64,000 bases of DNA from Octopus sinensis (GCF_006345805.1 NC_043010.1:21948001-22012000), one strand, 5' to 3'; positions 1-13,460 are shown, counted from the stretch's first letter. The notes: generated from the sequence alone by a model not told the origin. Made by a program: numbers and translations.

Positions 1-1920
1 GCCCCTAATGTGGAAACTTGTGACGGGCATTATTTCAAACAGCATCTACAAGTGCCTAGATGAGAACGACCTACTACCATTGGAATAAAGATGGTGTAGA
101 CGAACGAAGGATCAATTACTAATCGATAAGACTATCCTGGCTGACAGCAAGAAGAGACAAAAATTTGGTGATGGCATAGGTCGACTACAGGAAAGCATAT
201 GACATAGTCCCACACTCGTGGATTATTAAATGCCTTAAACTGCTTAAGGTCTCCGATAATATCCTAAAGTTAATACAAAACTCAATGACAACGTGGCGAA
301 ATGAAGTCGCATCATGCGGAGATAAGCTTGGAGAGACAAATATCAAAAGAGGAATCTTTCAAGGGGACAGTCTGTCGCCTCTCCTATTTGTTGTCTGCAT
401 AATGCCACTAACGAACGTTTTAAGAAAGATGTGTGTGCGTGAAAGTAATCAGCCAGTAATTTATGGATGGCCTAAGACTATTCGCTAAGACTGAGAAAGA
501 AATTAAGAGTTTGACGGCAACTGTGCAGACGATTAGCAAATATATTGGCATGAAATTTGGAATCGAGAAATATGGTCTAATTTTCGAAAGGGGAGAAATC
601 AGTAAAACCATAGGATCAAGCTGCAAAGTGGTGAAGCTATACAGGGAGTCAGAGAGGCAGGACATAAGTACCGGGGTATCATTGAAAGAGATTAGATGAA
701 TGAGCACAAGATGAAAGAAATGTACTGGAAAGAGTATGTGATGAGAACTCGGCTTGTGCTCCAATCGAAGCTAAGTGGCCGCTATAAGATTAGAGCAATT
801 AACATGTGGGCGGTGGCTTTGATGAGATATGGGGCAGGAATAGTATCTTGGAAGAAGCATGAATTACAAGAGATAGACTGGAGAGCACGTAAATTAATTA
901 GAATGAACAAGGAACTACATCCCAAGAGTGATGTATCAAGATTGTGTGTAAAGAGGAAAGAAGGAAGACGGCGACTGGTGTGTTGTGAAGGTCGTGTAAG
1001 GGAAGACGAGAATATCCTGGCTTGGTATGTCAAGGGGAGAAAATAAGAAATGATTGAAACAATGAAAAAGCTATAGATACATCACAATATAAAAAAAAAC
1101 AGATGAAGGAAATTTGGCAGGACAAGAAAATGCAGTGTAAGTTTTTGAAGAATAAAGATGACTGGAATAGAACTTGGCAATGGCTGCAGAAGGGGGACTT
1201 AAAAGGTCTCACTAAGGCATTAGTGTGCAGCGCTCAAGAACAAGCTCTCAGAACAAACTATTCCAAATATCACGTTGATAAAAGCCCTGACTCGCCAAAG
1301 CGTAGGATGTGCTCTGAGAAGGGAGAAAGTATAAGCCATATTGTTAATGAGTGCTGTAAGCTCCCACAACGTGAATACAAAAGGAGAAACGACAATATGG
1401 CCAGATATGTCCACTGGCTTTTGTGCCTAAAGCAAACCTCGAGTGAGGCGAACAATAGTATGAACACGAGCGAGCCAGAAGGAATAATGGAAAACGAGCA
1501 TAACAAAATACTCTGGGATTTTAGCATGTAGTGTGACCAAGTTGTAGAAGCGCCACGACCAGATATCGTGTTCAACCATAAAGATGAAAAAGAAGTAAGG
1601 ATAATAGATGTTGCAATACCAGGCGGTTCGAGGGTGGAATGTAAGGAAAGAGAAAAGAATGAGGGATACCAGCCACTGCTGGGCGAGATAGGAAAGTTAT
1701 GGGTCATGAGGATGACCAGTGGTGATACCGGTGGTGATTGGAGCACTAGGAGCAGTTTCAAAGGACTATGAAAAACATATTAAGAACATTGGAACTGCTG
1801 CCAGGCTCGAGTTATTCCAGAAGACAGCATTGTTGAGTACAGTTCGCATTCTAAGGAGAGTATTGCCTGCTTTAAAGTAAAGAATAACCGGTAATTAAGA
1901 ACTACCCGAGAGTCTTTCAT
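1..1920 (+). mobile_element. Degenerate R4/Dong-like non-LTR retrotransposon (RT + zinc knuckle + REL endonuclease), runs off the window start
   Basis: Frameshifted ORFs give KRGIFQGDSLSPLLF, YMDGLRLF (YMDD-like), IRAINMWAVALMRYGAG, QEQALRTNY..C..C...ESISHIVNEC, RPDIVF...IIDVAIP and a C-terminal QKTALLSTVRILRRVL. The element ends directly in (TAA)n at 1921. Confidence 0.9.
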
Positions 1921-2053
<133 letters not shown>

Positions 2054-2600
2054 TGCCCTGATGCAGTACCAGACAGTGGCTCTCATGGCTCCTGATCTTA
2101 ACTGATTGGAAGTGTTATCATGCAAATTGTTTTGTCTTGGTATAAAAGATGGGCTATAGCATATATTCTGCTCAATACCACAGATTTGCTTGTCACTTTT
2201 TTGCCCTTAACCAGTTGATCATGTTCCTTGGTGGCTAAATATATGTGCATCTCTGATCATGAGCAGAAGTAGTGGGGGAGCATCATAGCTATGGGCTGAC
2301 AGTAATTCTTAGAGGTTTGGATAATTCACCTCTGGAAACATGTGTCGTTCGTTCAACATCCTTAAGCAATCCTTATTCAAGGATCTGTTGAACGGGATGG
2401 GCTACTCGACCAAAAGATAATTCTAACTGGGCCCCACCTGGAAGGTCATGCGCTGTTTATCTTGATATGAGGTCACCATGTGACGCACATGTTATGCATA
2501 TGCTTGGTGTACTCTTATCAGACAGGTGGTCATGATAGGTATACTGGGCTTCGTATATTTTACCCAAGTGTCAATTTGATGGCATGCACTGTTCTCTCAA
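2054..2600 (-). mobile_element. Unclassified ~550-bp non-coding interspersed repeat, copy 1
   Basis: Homologous to 3195-3630 (same orientation) and 19580-19815 (inverted). Bounded by triplet microsatellites. No ORF and no clear pol III boxes. Strand assigned from the (ATT)n tail. Confidence 0.75.
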
Positions 2601-2798
<198 letters not shown>

Positions 2799-3194
2799 TG
2801 CCTAAATTCTTTCTTGTTATTTTTTTATCAGTTCTCAAGTAAAACGCCGAACGAAAACAATGTCTCTCTCCCTCATATGCCCCTTCTTTAACTGCATCTT
2901 CCTCTCTCTCTCACCCTCTTTCTCTCCCTCTCTATCTGATCCAGAGTAGCGGCGAGGCACTCAGCAATATCTGTTGCATTATTAAAACTATTCTCTGCCA
3001 TAAATCTAGTGCAACTAAAACTTATCTGTGATGCCAATAATATCCATTAACCTGTCTCTGGCAGTAATGTCTACTTCTTACAATATAAGAATACAACAGG
3101 TAGAAACAAATATACTTATATTCGCGGCTTATGTTTTTAGAAAAAACGAGATTAAGAGAAACAACATCTGGTAATTTAAAGCAGACGATTCACC

Positions 3195-3630
3195 TCAGCT
3201 CAATACCTTAGATTTGCTTGCCTGTTGCTTGCCCTTAACTAGTTGTTCATGTGACTGAGGATATGTTGCTGGCGATATGTACATCTCTGTTCCCGAGTCA
3301 TAGTAGTGGGTGAGCATCATAGGCATGTGTTGAGAAGAATTCTTTGGGGTTTGAAAAATTCAGCTCTAGAAACATGGATGTTTCGTTCATCATCCCTAAA
3401 CAGATCTTATTCAGGGACATTTTGAGCGAGAATGGCAATTCTATCGACGCCCACCTGTAAGGTCATGCGCTGTTTATCTTGATATGAGATCTCCATGTCG
3501 CGCAAATATGGGTGTGATGCACGTACCCGGTGTACCATTATCAGACGGGTAATCATGATGGATATATTGAACTTCGTATATTTTACCCCAGTGTCATTTT
3601 GGTGGGGTGTGCTGCTCTCCCGCTGAATAC
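3195..3630 (-). mobile_element. Unclassified ~550-bp repeat, copy 2 (partial)
   Basis: Shares blocks such as aaggtcatgcgctgtttatcttgatatgag and cttcgtatattttaccc with 2054-2600. Confidence 0.75.
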
Positions 3631-4126
3631 TAATAATAACAGAACGATCCAAGCTAATCGACCAGATATAGTCATTAAAGACAGAGAAGAAAATACTTGT
3701 GGACTTATACATGTAGGTGTTCCCACTGAGAAAACTATATCTGTAAAGGGATTTGACAAATTAAGTAGATATAAGGACCTGAAAACTGAAATACAAAAGA
3801 TGCAGCATCTTAAAGCGAGAACTGTTCCTGTTAATGCGGGTACCCTAGGTATGATAAGAAAGGGACGTCAGAAACACGTAGATGATATCCCAGGAGAACC
3901 ATGTCTCAGAGAAACCCAAATGAATGTGCAGACAAGTACTGCTCACATCCTTAGAAAAACCCTACCAATTTAAATTTCTATGCTGTATTACATGAGGCTA
4001 TTTCGCTACTGCCCCTGTCATGCGTCCCCTCCAATCTTTCAGTCATACTGCAGCATATCTTGTCCTTTATCCTCCTTAAGACGCTGGATGTGTCTCCGCT
4101 GATGATTGTAACAAATATCCTGATTA
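3631..4126 (+). mobile_element. R4/Dong-like REL endonuclease 3' fragment with 3' UTR
   Basis: ANRPDIVIKDREE...IHVGVPTEKTIS.K.FDKLSRYKDLKTEI...TAHILRKTLPI* (stop 3973), then UTR and (TAA)n. Confidence 0.88.
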
Positions 4127-4194
<68 letters not shown>

Positions 4195-4223
4195 TAATAA
4201 TAATAATAATGACAATGATGACA

Positions 4224-4257
<34 letters not shown>

Positions 4258-4261
4258 CGAC

Positions 4262-4292
<31 letters not shown>

Positions 4293-4400
4293 CCGATGAT
4301 GATGATGACGATGATGATAATGATGATGATGATGATGATGATGATGACGACGACGATGAAAATGATGATGATGATAATGATGATAATATTAATAATAATA
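4127..4400. repeat. Compound (TAA)n-(GAT)n-(TAA)n microsatellite
   Basis: Direct reading. Confidence 0.97.
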
Positions 4401-4630
4401 ACTTGCACACCTGGAAGTATCGTCACCCAACTAATAGCATAGCTCAAAATGATTGATGCAGATGTAAAGATAAAACACCTAAAAGAATCCTCAATACTTG
4501 GAACTTCAAGAGTTCTCCGCTGGGTCTTTGAGATATGATCAGTAAATAAGTGTCACCTAAGTCTGCTGGCTGTTGGCAGCTGACACATTCCATCATGCCC
4601 CACAAAATAAACTGAGAGTTTTAATCAAAT
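4401..4630 (+). mobile_element. Short R4/Dong-like 3' end fragment of another subfamily
   Basis: Translates as ADVKIKHLKESSILGTSRVLRWVFEI*, matching the C-terminal LLGTARILRRVL motif of these elements; follows a TAA tract. Confidence 0.6.
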
Positions 4631-4913
4631 GATGATAATAACAGTTGCTTCAAATTTTGGCAGAGGGCCAGCAAGTTCCATGGCGGGAGTTAGTCGACTA
4701 CATTGTCGACAGAAAATAACTAATGATAATCTAGCATATATATAGAAAAGTCATTCTATATTTCGGTGGCTTATATATTCTAAAATGTTCTGACAAATAC
4801 AAACGTGAATGCACTAATCACTGTCGAACTTCATCATCGGGAAACAACTTGATTTTTCAAACGAATCTGTGTTCATAATAGCCTTGATTCATTAGCACAA
4901 GGGAACGAGGAAA

Positions 4914-4960
4914 CCAGGACACCCGGTGTTTCAACATTGTTGTGTCTCTTCAGTCGAAGC
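4914..4960 (-). ncRNA. Hammerhead-like core (candidate, weak stem I)
   Basis: Minus strand: CUGAAGA-GACA(CAACAA)UGUU-GAAACAC(CGG)GUGU-C; all core nucleotides present. Confidence 0.4.
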
Positions 4961-5514
4961 CACCCGGGCTAATGAATCTAAAAAGAGATTGTGCCTCTTA
5001 TCCTGAAGCAAAAATTGTTCTTGCTGAGTTTACAAACAAAAGCATCTGCGTTTTACTATCTTGTCCCTTGTCAAGGACAACGGCCAGTTTCTTTTTCTAA
5101 AGGCGTCTATAGCTTCAACTCAATAACATTTTACACGTAGAAATAATATACACAGTCATAACAAAATACACTGAGAGATTTATTTATTCAGACGATTTTC
5201 CCCATCTGTCTACTCGACATAATTTAGTTTATTATTTCAATAATTTTAATTTTTGGTTGGCTTCTCTTAGAAGATTTAAGAGAGCTGTATTATTCCATCG
5301 AATGGATTCAATTCAAATTATTTGTATGCATACAGACAACAAAATTGAATAACAATAAAATATAATATGTTTTGTTTTCACATCCATCCCAAACTTCAAA
5401 CATTCACGATGCAAATTCCACCGAGAGCACAGTAATTTGAATATATTTCGAAAGGATATAAAAACAAAATATTTGTACATCACTTTTACAATTTTTCTAT
5501 ATTTATATGTAAGG

Positions 5515-5955
<441 letters not shown>

Positions 5956-6141
5956 ACAAAATTACTCTATATTTCAAGTATACGGAATTTGTGTTTGAGT
6001 TATATCAATTTTGAAGGAAGATCTCTTTCTGGGCAATATTTCACACAGCATTAGAAAAAGAGACTCTAAGGTAAAACATCAGGGCACTAACTAGTATATG
6101 TTTATAGGACGTAAACCGTAACAATAGATATGAAGCACGTA

Positions 6142-6973
6142 GAGGGGGGGGGTACTCAAAAGAAACCAGGATTTTGCAATATTATTTTCTTCACTTAGTT
6201 TTACATGTTCACATTTTATCGCCTTCAAAGTATTCTCCATTTGAAGCAATGCATCGGTCCAGACACGTTTTCCACTATTCGAAGCAGTGTTGGAACTCTT
6301 GCGAAGTGATGCCTTTTAACGCCTCCGTGGATTTTGTTTCTTCACCTCTTCCACATTTGAAAATTCCGTAGCACCAATCAGTCGTGACTTCTTTTGATTT
6401 TCCATGAGCAAGCGAGGCAGAAATTTTGCTGCAACTCTTTCCGTTTACCGTTTCTCGCTCACAATTGGTTGTTAGGAGCTCCAGGACACACCAGTCATAC
6501 CAACAAGTTCGTCAATTGTTCGCTGAGGGTCCACCAAAAATCAGTTCATGAATTTTCATGATGTTTTCATTTGTTCGGGAGGTCGACAGTCATCCCGAAC
6601 GATGTTGGTCTTCAAGCGACAAGTGACCATTTCTAAAGCGGGAAAATCACCCGTAAACTTGTGTTTTGCTCATAGCAGCGAACTTGTAAGCTGTTTGAAA
6701 CATGGCAACTGTTACGGCCGCCGTTTTCCCCAGCAGAAAACAGAATTTCAGGGAAGCACGATGTTTCTTCGTTTCAGCCATCACAAAAATTGACGAACAG
6801 GGGAGAAACTCTGCAAAGCAAAGACTCATTATGTGACATTGTGACCCCTTTGAACAATGCCGGTCGGTAAACTGATGCCTGAAGGCTGCATTAAGTGGCT
6901 TCTAGCGATGGCAGCCCGAACTACAACTTTATCCCATAGAGAACGATTCTAGTTATCTTTGCGTACCACCTCG
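6142..6973 (-). mobile_element. Internally deleted mariner transposon
   Basis: N-terminus HRASLKFCFLLGKTAA...RVAAKFLPRLL joined almost directly to C-terminal DRCIASNGEYFEG. Degenerate TIRs at about 6140-6170 and 6950-6975; TA at both ends. Confidence 0.85.
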
Positions 6974-7367
6974 TACAGTTTACAGTTCCGTTAAGGTAGG
7001 ATCAACAAAGAAATATTTCATCGAGTGAGAGGTTAAATATCATTTAATTACACTGTATGAAAATTTGAGTTACTAAAAGTTTCATGCCATTAAGACACGT
7101 GGTTAGTATCGCTTCTATATCGTGCCTTGCTTCTCCAAGATATCCTCTTGGCTCTGAAGAAAGTTAGTGCAAATTGTAGAATGAAAGAAAGGAAAGAATG
7201 GAAGAAGAGAGAGAGGAGTTAAAGAGCGAGGAGGTCACTAGGCTACCAAAGAGGTCGCGAATGGCAACGAAAGAACTTTTGACAAACAGACAACCAGTTG
7301 CAGCATGTTTAGCCAACACATTTAGGAAATTTGTGTTACGCTCCCCAAGTCCGTAGAAAACTCAATG

Positions 7368-7480
<113 letters not shown>

Positions 7481-7810
7481 CCTACCTGTCTATCTGTCTG
7501 TCTAATGTGTGTGTGTATGTATGCGTGTTTGTGTGTTATTGCATTCCAGTGTGTGGTTTTCTGATGAAGCATATATAAGTATCAGTGAGTTATACGCATT
7601 ACAATAAATATTGCCAGAATATGGAGATTATAAGATGTGCCGAGTCCAGTATTTAATGTATCTATAATGCCTATGCACGTATCAGTCTGCTCTGCATGTA
7701 TTCGTGCTAATGTATGTATACATACACACATACTTACATACATATGCATATATACATACTTATAAATACACACACGCACGTGCGCGCACACATACACTCA
7801 CATATATAAA

Positions 7811-7879
<69 letters not shown>

Positions 7880-8720
7880 AGTACATATGTATATATGCAT
7901 ACATATACATATATATGTATATACATAGGCATACATATATAAATATATATTTATTTATTTATATATATATACACACGTATAGAGATATATGTTTATATAT
8001 TTGTGTGTGTATATATATATATATATATGTGTGGGTGTGTGTATGTATGTATGTGTGTGTGTGTGTGTGTGTGTTTGTATGTATGTATCTATGTATTTCT
8101 ATACATGTGTAGCGTACGTCTAATAACCATTTCATTCGTTTGTAACATAAACGTCAATCACATGAAGCATGGCCCGAACGCCTCATTTGACAAAGACACT
8201 GCTCGGACGGCTTCTTAATTAGTCTACATAATAAAATGTCTTAATTTCTATTTCCTGGCAATATGCATTCAAGAGTGATTCCTTTTACATTTCAACTGTG
8301 ACATATTATTGAATAATTAAATTAAAAACAAGAGATTAATCACTTGAAGTAATTATACATTTACCAGCCATGAGTGATATTGAAGCGGATGGAAAGTTTA
8401 CGTATTTTTAGATTGTTTAAACATAAATATCAGTCAATAACGTGTTTGATAAGAAGTCAAATATTTAATTTAAATATGAGTTTCTTACATTCTTTTTCTG
8501 CATGATATTGCCATGATCGAGATTGAAAGCCATGAAAGATTTTGAATAGTTTGTGTTAGTCACATTGGTGTGATAGGAAATGATTTAATATAAACGCCGG
8601 TGAGTTGGCTGAGGGGATAAAATACGTTCTAAAGCAACAAACACTTCCATTCACAAAAGACACAACAAAAATGATCTTTCGGTGATGAATATAAATAGCA
8701 TAATTTTTGTGGCATATATG

Positions 8721-8925
8721 TACAGTAATCCCTCGCCATATTGCAGTTCACCCATCATGATTCACAAATCGCGATTCACCTATCATGATTCACCAAGCTT
8801 ACGTTGATTCCTCCGGGGTGTTTTTGCATTTGTAGTAAAATATATATATACAATTTAATGAGAGTAATTTTAAAATATATACAATGCAATACTGTTTCTA
8901 CTTCGCGGATTTTCTCTTGTCACGG
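8721..8925 (+). mobile_element. Tigger/pogo-type MITE remnant (left end only)
   Basis: Begins TA-CAGTAATCCCTCGCCATATTGC, typical of a Tigger/pogo TIR; no matching right TIR seen. Confidence 0.55.
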
Positions 8926-8989
8926 TAGTCGAAGTATTATTGTACATGTTTGAAGGTGCGTGATATTGGGGTGGCACGTAGACTTAGGC

Positions 8990-9225
8990 GTGTTACATTC
9001 ACTGTCGGAAGTTCGTTGTCTTGGTTCTCAGACCAGTTGCGCGTTCTGTTCTTGTGTTCTTGAGCAAAACAACATCATTTCTCGTTGCTGCAGTTCGCTC
9101 AGCTCTACATGGATAATCCTGCGATGGACTAGCTTTCAGATCGGAGGAAAATGGGTCATTCACTTGGGAAGAACGGTGGCGTCATTCCAAAGCTGAAACG
9201 ATGTAAGAGTCATTACGATATATAA
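8990..9225 (+). mobile_element. SINE family D (degenerate)
   Basis: Central block ttgtgttcttgagcaaaaca...gttcgctcagct shared with 51300-51540. Confidence 0.6.
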
Positions 9226-9277
9226 CAACATCCAATAGACAGGTCGATCACGTGGTGTATATTTATATACGTATATG

Positions 9278-9467
9278 CTCAGTGTGGCTGTGTGGTACAA
9301 CGCTTGATTCCAAACCATATGGTTCCGGGTTCGGCCCTGCTGTGTGGCACCTTCGGTTGGTGTCTTTTACTATAGCCTCGGGCCGACCAAATCATTGTGC
9401 GTGGATTTGGTAGACGGAAATTGAAAGAAGCTCGTCGCATATGTGTGTATATATATGCTTGTATATA

Positions 9468-9542
<75 letters not shown>

Positions 9543-9812
9543 TATATACATATATGTATACATATATATATACATATATATATATATATGCATGTGTGTA
9601 TGTACGTATGTATTTGTATGTGTGTTTGTGCTTGTCCTCCCGCCATTGCTTAACAACAGATGTTGGTGTGTCTACGTCCTGTAACGTAGCAATTCAATAA
9701 AAGCGACCCCATAAATAAGTACTAGGTCTACAAAGAGTAAGTTCTGGGGTCGATTTGCTCGACTAAAGGCGGTGCTCCAGCATGGCCACAGTCAAATGAC
9801 TGAAACAAGTAA
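9278..9812 (+). mobile_element. Full-length SINE family A (tRNA head, CORE-like block, internal microsatellite, LINE-like tail)
   Basis: A-box-like TGGCTGTGTGG, B-box-like GGTTCGGCCC, body, (TA)n, tail GGCGGTGCTCCAGCATGGCCACAGTCAAATGACTGAAACAAGTAAA. Confidence 0.9.
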
Positions 9813-10707
9813 ATGAACAACTGAATATATATGCTAACCAACTGCAAACAATAGACCTGATATATTTACAAGCCGACAATCTCGATCGCAAACTCAAACG
9901 ATGCCTTCTCAGTCTTTCACAAACTCTACCATTATAACTTACCCATAAAAGCATTTACACACACACTCGGACACTCGCCCCTTCAGTCACAAACTCAGTC
10001 TCTCTCTCTTTCACTAACACACACACACAAACTGATTTCGTTTCTAACTCATTCTCGAACAACAAATTCACTGCTCAAGTTAATTCATTCAGTGTCCTTC
10101 TCTCTCTCTCTCGCCCTTTCACCGATACATACTCAGATCCATTCATAAAAGTACTCACTCACTGGCAGCCACTCTCCTTCTAAAACAGTCACTCACTCAC
10201 TCGCTGACATATTCTCTCTCTCTCTCTTTCTCTCAATCAGTTATCCCGCACACTCGCTCTTTCATACAATCATGCGTTCAACAAGAATCCAACAACAGTA
10301 CTTTGCAAATAATACTCTCATCGTTTGCCAAGTAAAGCACGCGAGCTTTCCTATCTTATCAAACATCATTCATTATGAAAATTGAAGCAACATCTCCCTG
10401 TTGGCTTAATTATTAAGCTGGAGATCTCTTGCGATTTGGTTAAGGGCGCCAACAGTATTTCCAATTTTATCCACCATCACAATGATAGAGCAAAGTGTTG
10501 CTTCTGAAAGAACAACGCGTCGAGGATATTTTTTGGTGCGCTCTGCATATATGTGTGTGTATGTGTGTATGTGTGTGTGTGTGTGTTTGTGTGCGTGCGT
10601 GCGTGCGCTTTTAGTATATATAATTATTTGGTCGAGTGTGAATTCTTAGATCCATACTTGAACGAAGAAAAATATGTTGATATATACACACCCATGTATC
10701 CTTGTGT

Positions 10708-10762
<55 letters not shown>

Positions 10763-10777
10763 CATATATATATACAT

Positions 10778-11275
10778 AGGCGTGGCTGTGTGGTTTGTAG
10801 GTTTGCTTCCCAACCACATGGTACCGGGTTCAGTCCTGCTTCGTGGTACATTGAGCAAGTGTCATCTACTATAGCCTCGGGCCGACCAAAGCCTTCTGAG
10901 TGGATTTGGTAGACGGAAACCAAAAGAAGCCCGTCGTATATATATGTATATATATATATATATATATATAATGCTTGCCTTTTGCTACTGATGTAGCTTC
11001 TGTCGCCAGTGATTGATTTTTAATATGTGTGTGTGTGAATGTGCGTGTGTATTTGCATGTGTGTGTGAGTGTGTTGCTGTCTGTATTTGTCCACCAACAC
11101 CACCACTAGACAACTTGGTTTGTCTACGCCCCCGTAAACTAGTGGTTCTATACAACATTCGAATAAGATCAAGGCTTTATATATCCCCATTAAAAATGGG
11201 CTCCATTCATTCGAATAAAAATTCTTCAAGGTGGAGTTCCAGCATGGCCGCAGTATGATAACTAACATTTAAAAG
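10778..11275 (+). mobile_element. SINE family A
   Basis: Head GGCGTGGCTGTGTGG...GGTTCAGTCC; tail CCAGCATGGCCGCAGT near 11240. Confidence 0.85.
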
Positions 11276-11283
11276 ATAAAGGA

Positions 11284-11314
<31 letters not shown>

Positions 11315-11315
<1 letters not shown>

Positions 11316-11530
11316 GCAATTTTTTTCCCTCCTTCTTTCTCTCATTGTTTCTTTTCTGTGTATCTTTTTATCGAAGAGTGTAGGCTCGAAACGTAAAAGA
11401 CTTGTTTTATTTCTATTCCTGAGCGCCATACTAATACATTGTTTGTCTCTACTCCACCTGCTTTCGTCTTTTGCTTATTTTCGTAAACCTGCCTTCGTCT
11501 TTTGTTTATTTTCGTAAACCTTCCCGTTAT
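11315..11530 (+). mobile_element. ~215-bp (TA)n-flanked cassette with decayed minimal hammerhead (PLE terminal-repeat-like)
   Basis: TCTTT-TTATCGA-A-GAGT(GTAG)GCTC-GAAACGTA-AAAGA at 11363-11400; 31-bp internal tandem duplication at about 11458-11520; similar to 16925-17090 (minus). Confidence 0.6.
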
Positions 11531-11540
11531 ATATACATAC

Positions 11541-11619
<79 letters not shown>

Positions 11620-11627
11620 TGTGTGTG

Positions 11628-11675
<48 letters not shown>

Positions 11676-13261
11676 GGACCACTCCATCGGTTACGACGGT
11701 GAGGGACCCAGCTGATCCAATCAACGGAACAGCTTGCTTGTGAAATGAGGTGAGGATGCGTGTGGGCTAGGTTAGAAATCCCTATCTTAAAAGGTGTCGT
11801 TGCTAGGGCCAAAAACGTCTACTGTCAAGTATACTCACATTCTTTTATGTATCTGTCTTCCTCCATCACTCACTCTCTTTCCTCCCTTCCCATCACATTC
11901 TATCTATAACGTCGTTTCACAGCGTCTACTTCCTCTTCACTTTCTCTTTATAACGTCGTTTCACAGCGTCCTATATCTACTCCCTCCCCGCCTTCGACAG
12001 CGCTTTCACACTCTCTCTCTCTCTACATCTGTCTGCATTCATAGAGAGAATTATCATCGCCACAACCACAACCACCACACAATCATGAGAACAAATATTA
12101 TGAATCAGATATTTATTGGGTTAATTTATATATGTGTGTGTGTGTGTTCTATATATAAATATGTATATATAATGTATATATACAAAGTGTATATATCTGT
12201 ATTTATGTATATTAAACTTTTTAATACTTTTTGATAGTTATATATCTTTAAAAAAATTATAAATATAAATTAATACTTTTAATATATATAATGTGCGCAT
12301 TATGTGGTCGGTTGAGCTGAAAATATGCACACCTATGTTAAAAGTGCTGGCGAGTTTGCATGGCAACTATTTTTTTCCTCAAATGGAAGGCGTGACCTCT
12401 AGGACAAAATTCCCCATCTTATAAAATGTGGCCCGAGTAGACCTGAATGAAATCGGGTTATATTAACCAAAATGTGAAAAGGGGTGTAAATGGGGCTGGA
12501 AGGGGATTAAAATTTACAGGAGCGGGTGTTTAGGAATTCTCTGTTACAGCAAACTAAAAATATTTGCGCCAGCCTTTAAATTTGTCAATGTGTTGCCGTC
12601 CATGATGAAGAAGTTTTGAATGCTTGCCATGGTGAGTCTGCTGTCGTGAGAAAGAATCACTTCAAAACTTGGTGTTTAGGAATTTTCTTTTACATCAAGT
12701 TCAAAATTTTACGCCAGCCGTTAAACTGCCACTACGTTGCTGTCCGTCGTTAAGAAATGCGAGCCATGGTGACTCTACTATCCTCAGATTCTATCCCTTC
12801 AAACTTTGGTTTCTAATATTTTTGGTTTTATTCAGCTCGCAAGTTCGTCTGTCCCTTTTAAATGTTAGTGTTTTGCTGTCTGCCTTGAAGCAGACTTTTC
12901 CGTTGTCACTGCCTGATATTTATGATTGATCTTTCAAAATATTTCCTTTCACAACTTACTCAAGATATTTTGTTATTTATAACTCGGAGAGAGATAGATA
13001 GAGAAAGATAGAGAGTAAGAGAAAGCGAGGGAGAGTCCAAGAGAAAGAAAGATTAAGAGAGTGGGAAAGTGAGAGAGAAATAAAGAGGGAGAATGTGGTG
13101 ATAAAAAGCAGAAAGGAAGCAACAGATAGTAACAACCACACCCTTACCCACGCGTAGAGCAGGTCATCTTAAGCTAGTATATATATATATATGTACATGT
13201 ATGTATGTATGTATGTATGTATGTATGTATGTATGTATGTATGTATGTATGTGTATATGTT

Positions 13262-13460
13262 TGTGTGTCTGTGTTTGTCCCCCCAGCATCGCTTGCAAAC
13301 CGATGCTGGTGTGTTTACGTTCCCATGTCTTAGCGGTTCGGCAAAAGAAACCGTTCGAATATTACTAGGCTTACAAAGAATAAGTTCTGGGGTCGATTTG
13401 CTCGACTAAAGGCCATGCTGCAGCATGGCCGCAGTCAAATGACTGAAACAAGTAAAAGTA
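13262..13460 (+). mobile_element. SINE family A, 3' half
   Basis: Body and tail ...CAGCATGGCCGCAGTCAAATGACTGAAACAAGTAAAAG. Confidence 0.88.

Noticed and set aside
7198-7356. Short open frame MEEEREELKSEEVTRLPKRSRMATKELL...
   Set aside because: Starts in a purine-rich simple repeat, has weak splice signals and shows no recognisable homology.
11905-11970. 22-bp direct repeat TATAACGTCGTTTCACAGCGTC with a 22-bp spacer, superficially CRISPR-like
   Set aside because: Only two repeats, a pyrimidine-rich spacer, no cas genes and a eukaryotic context.
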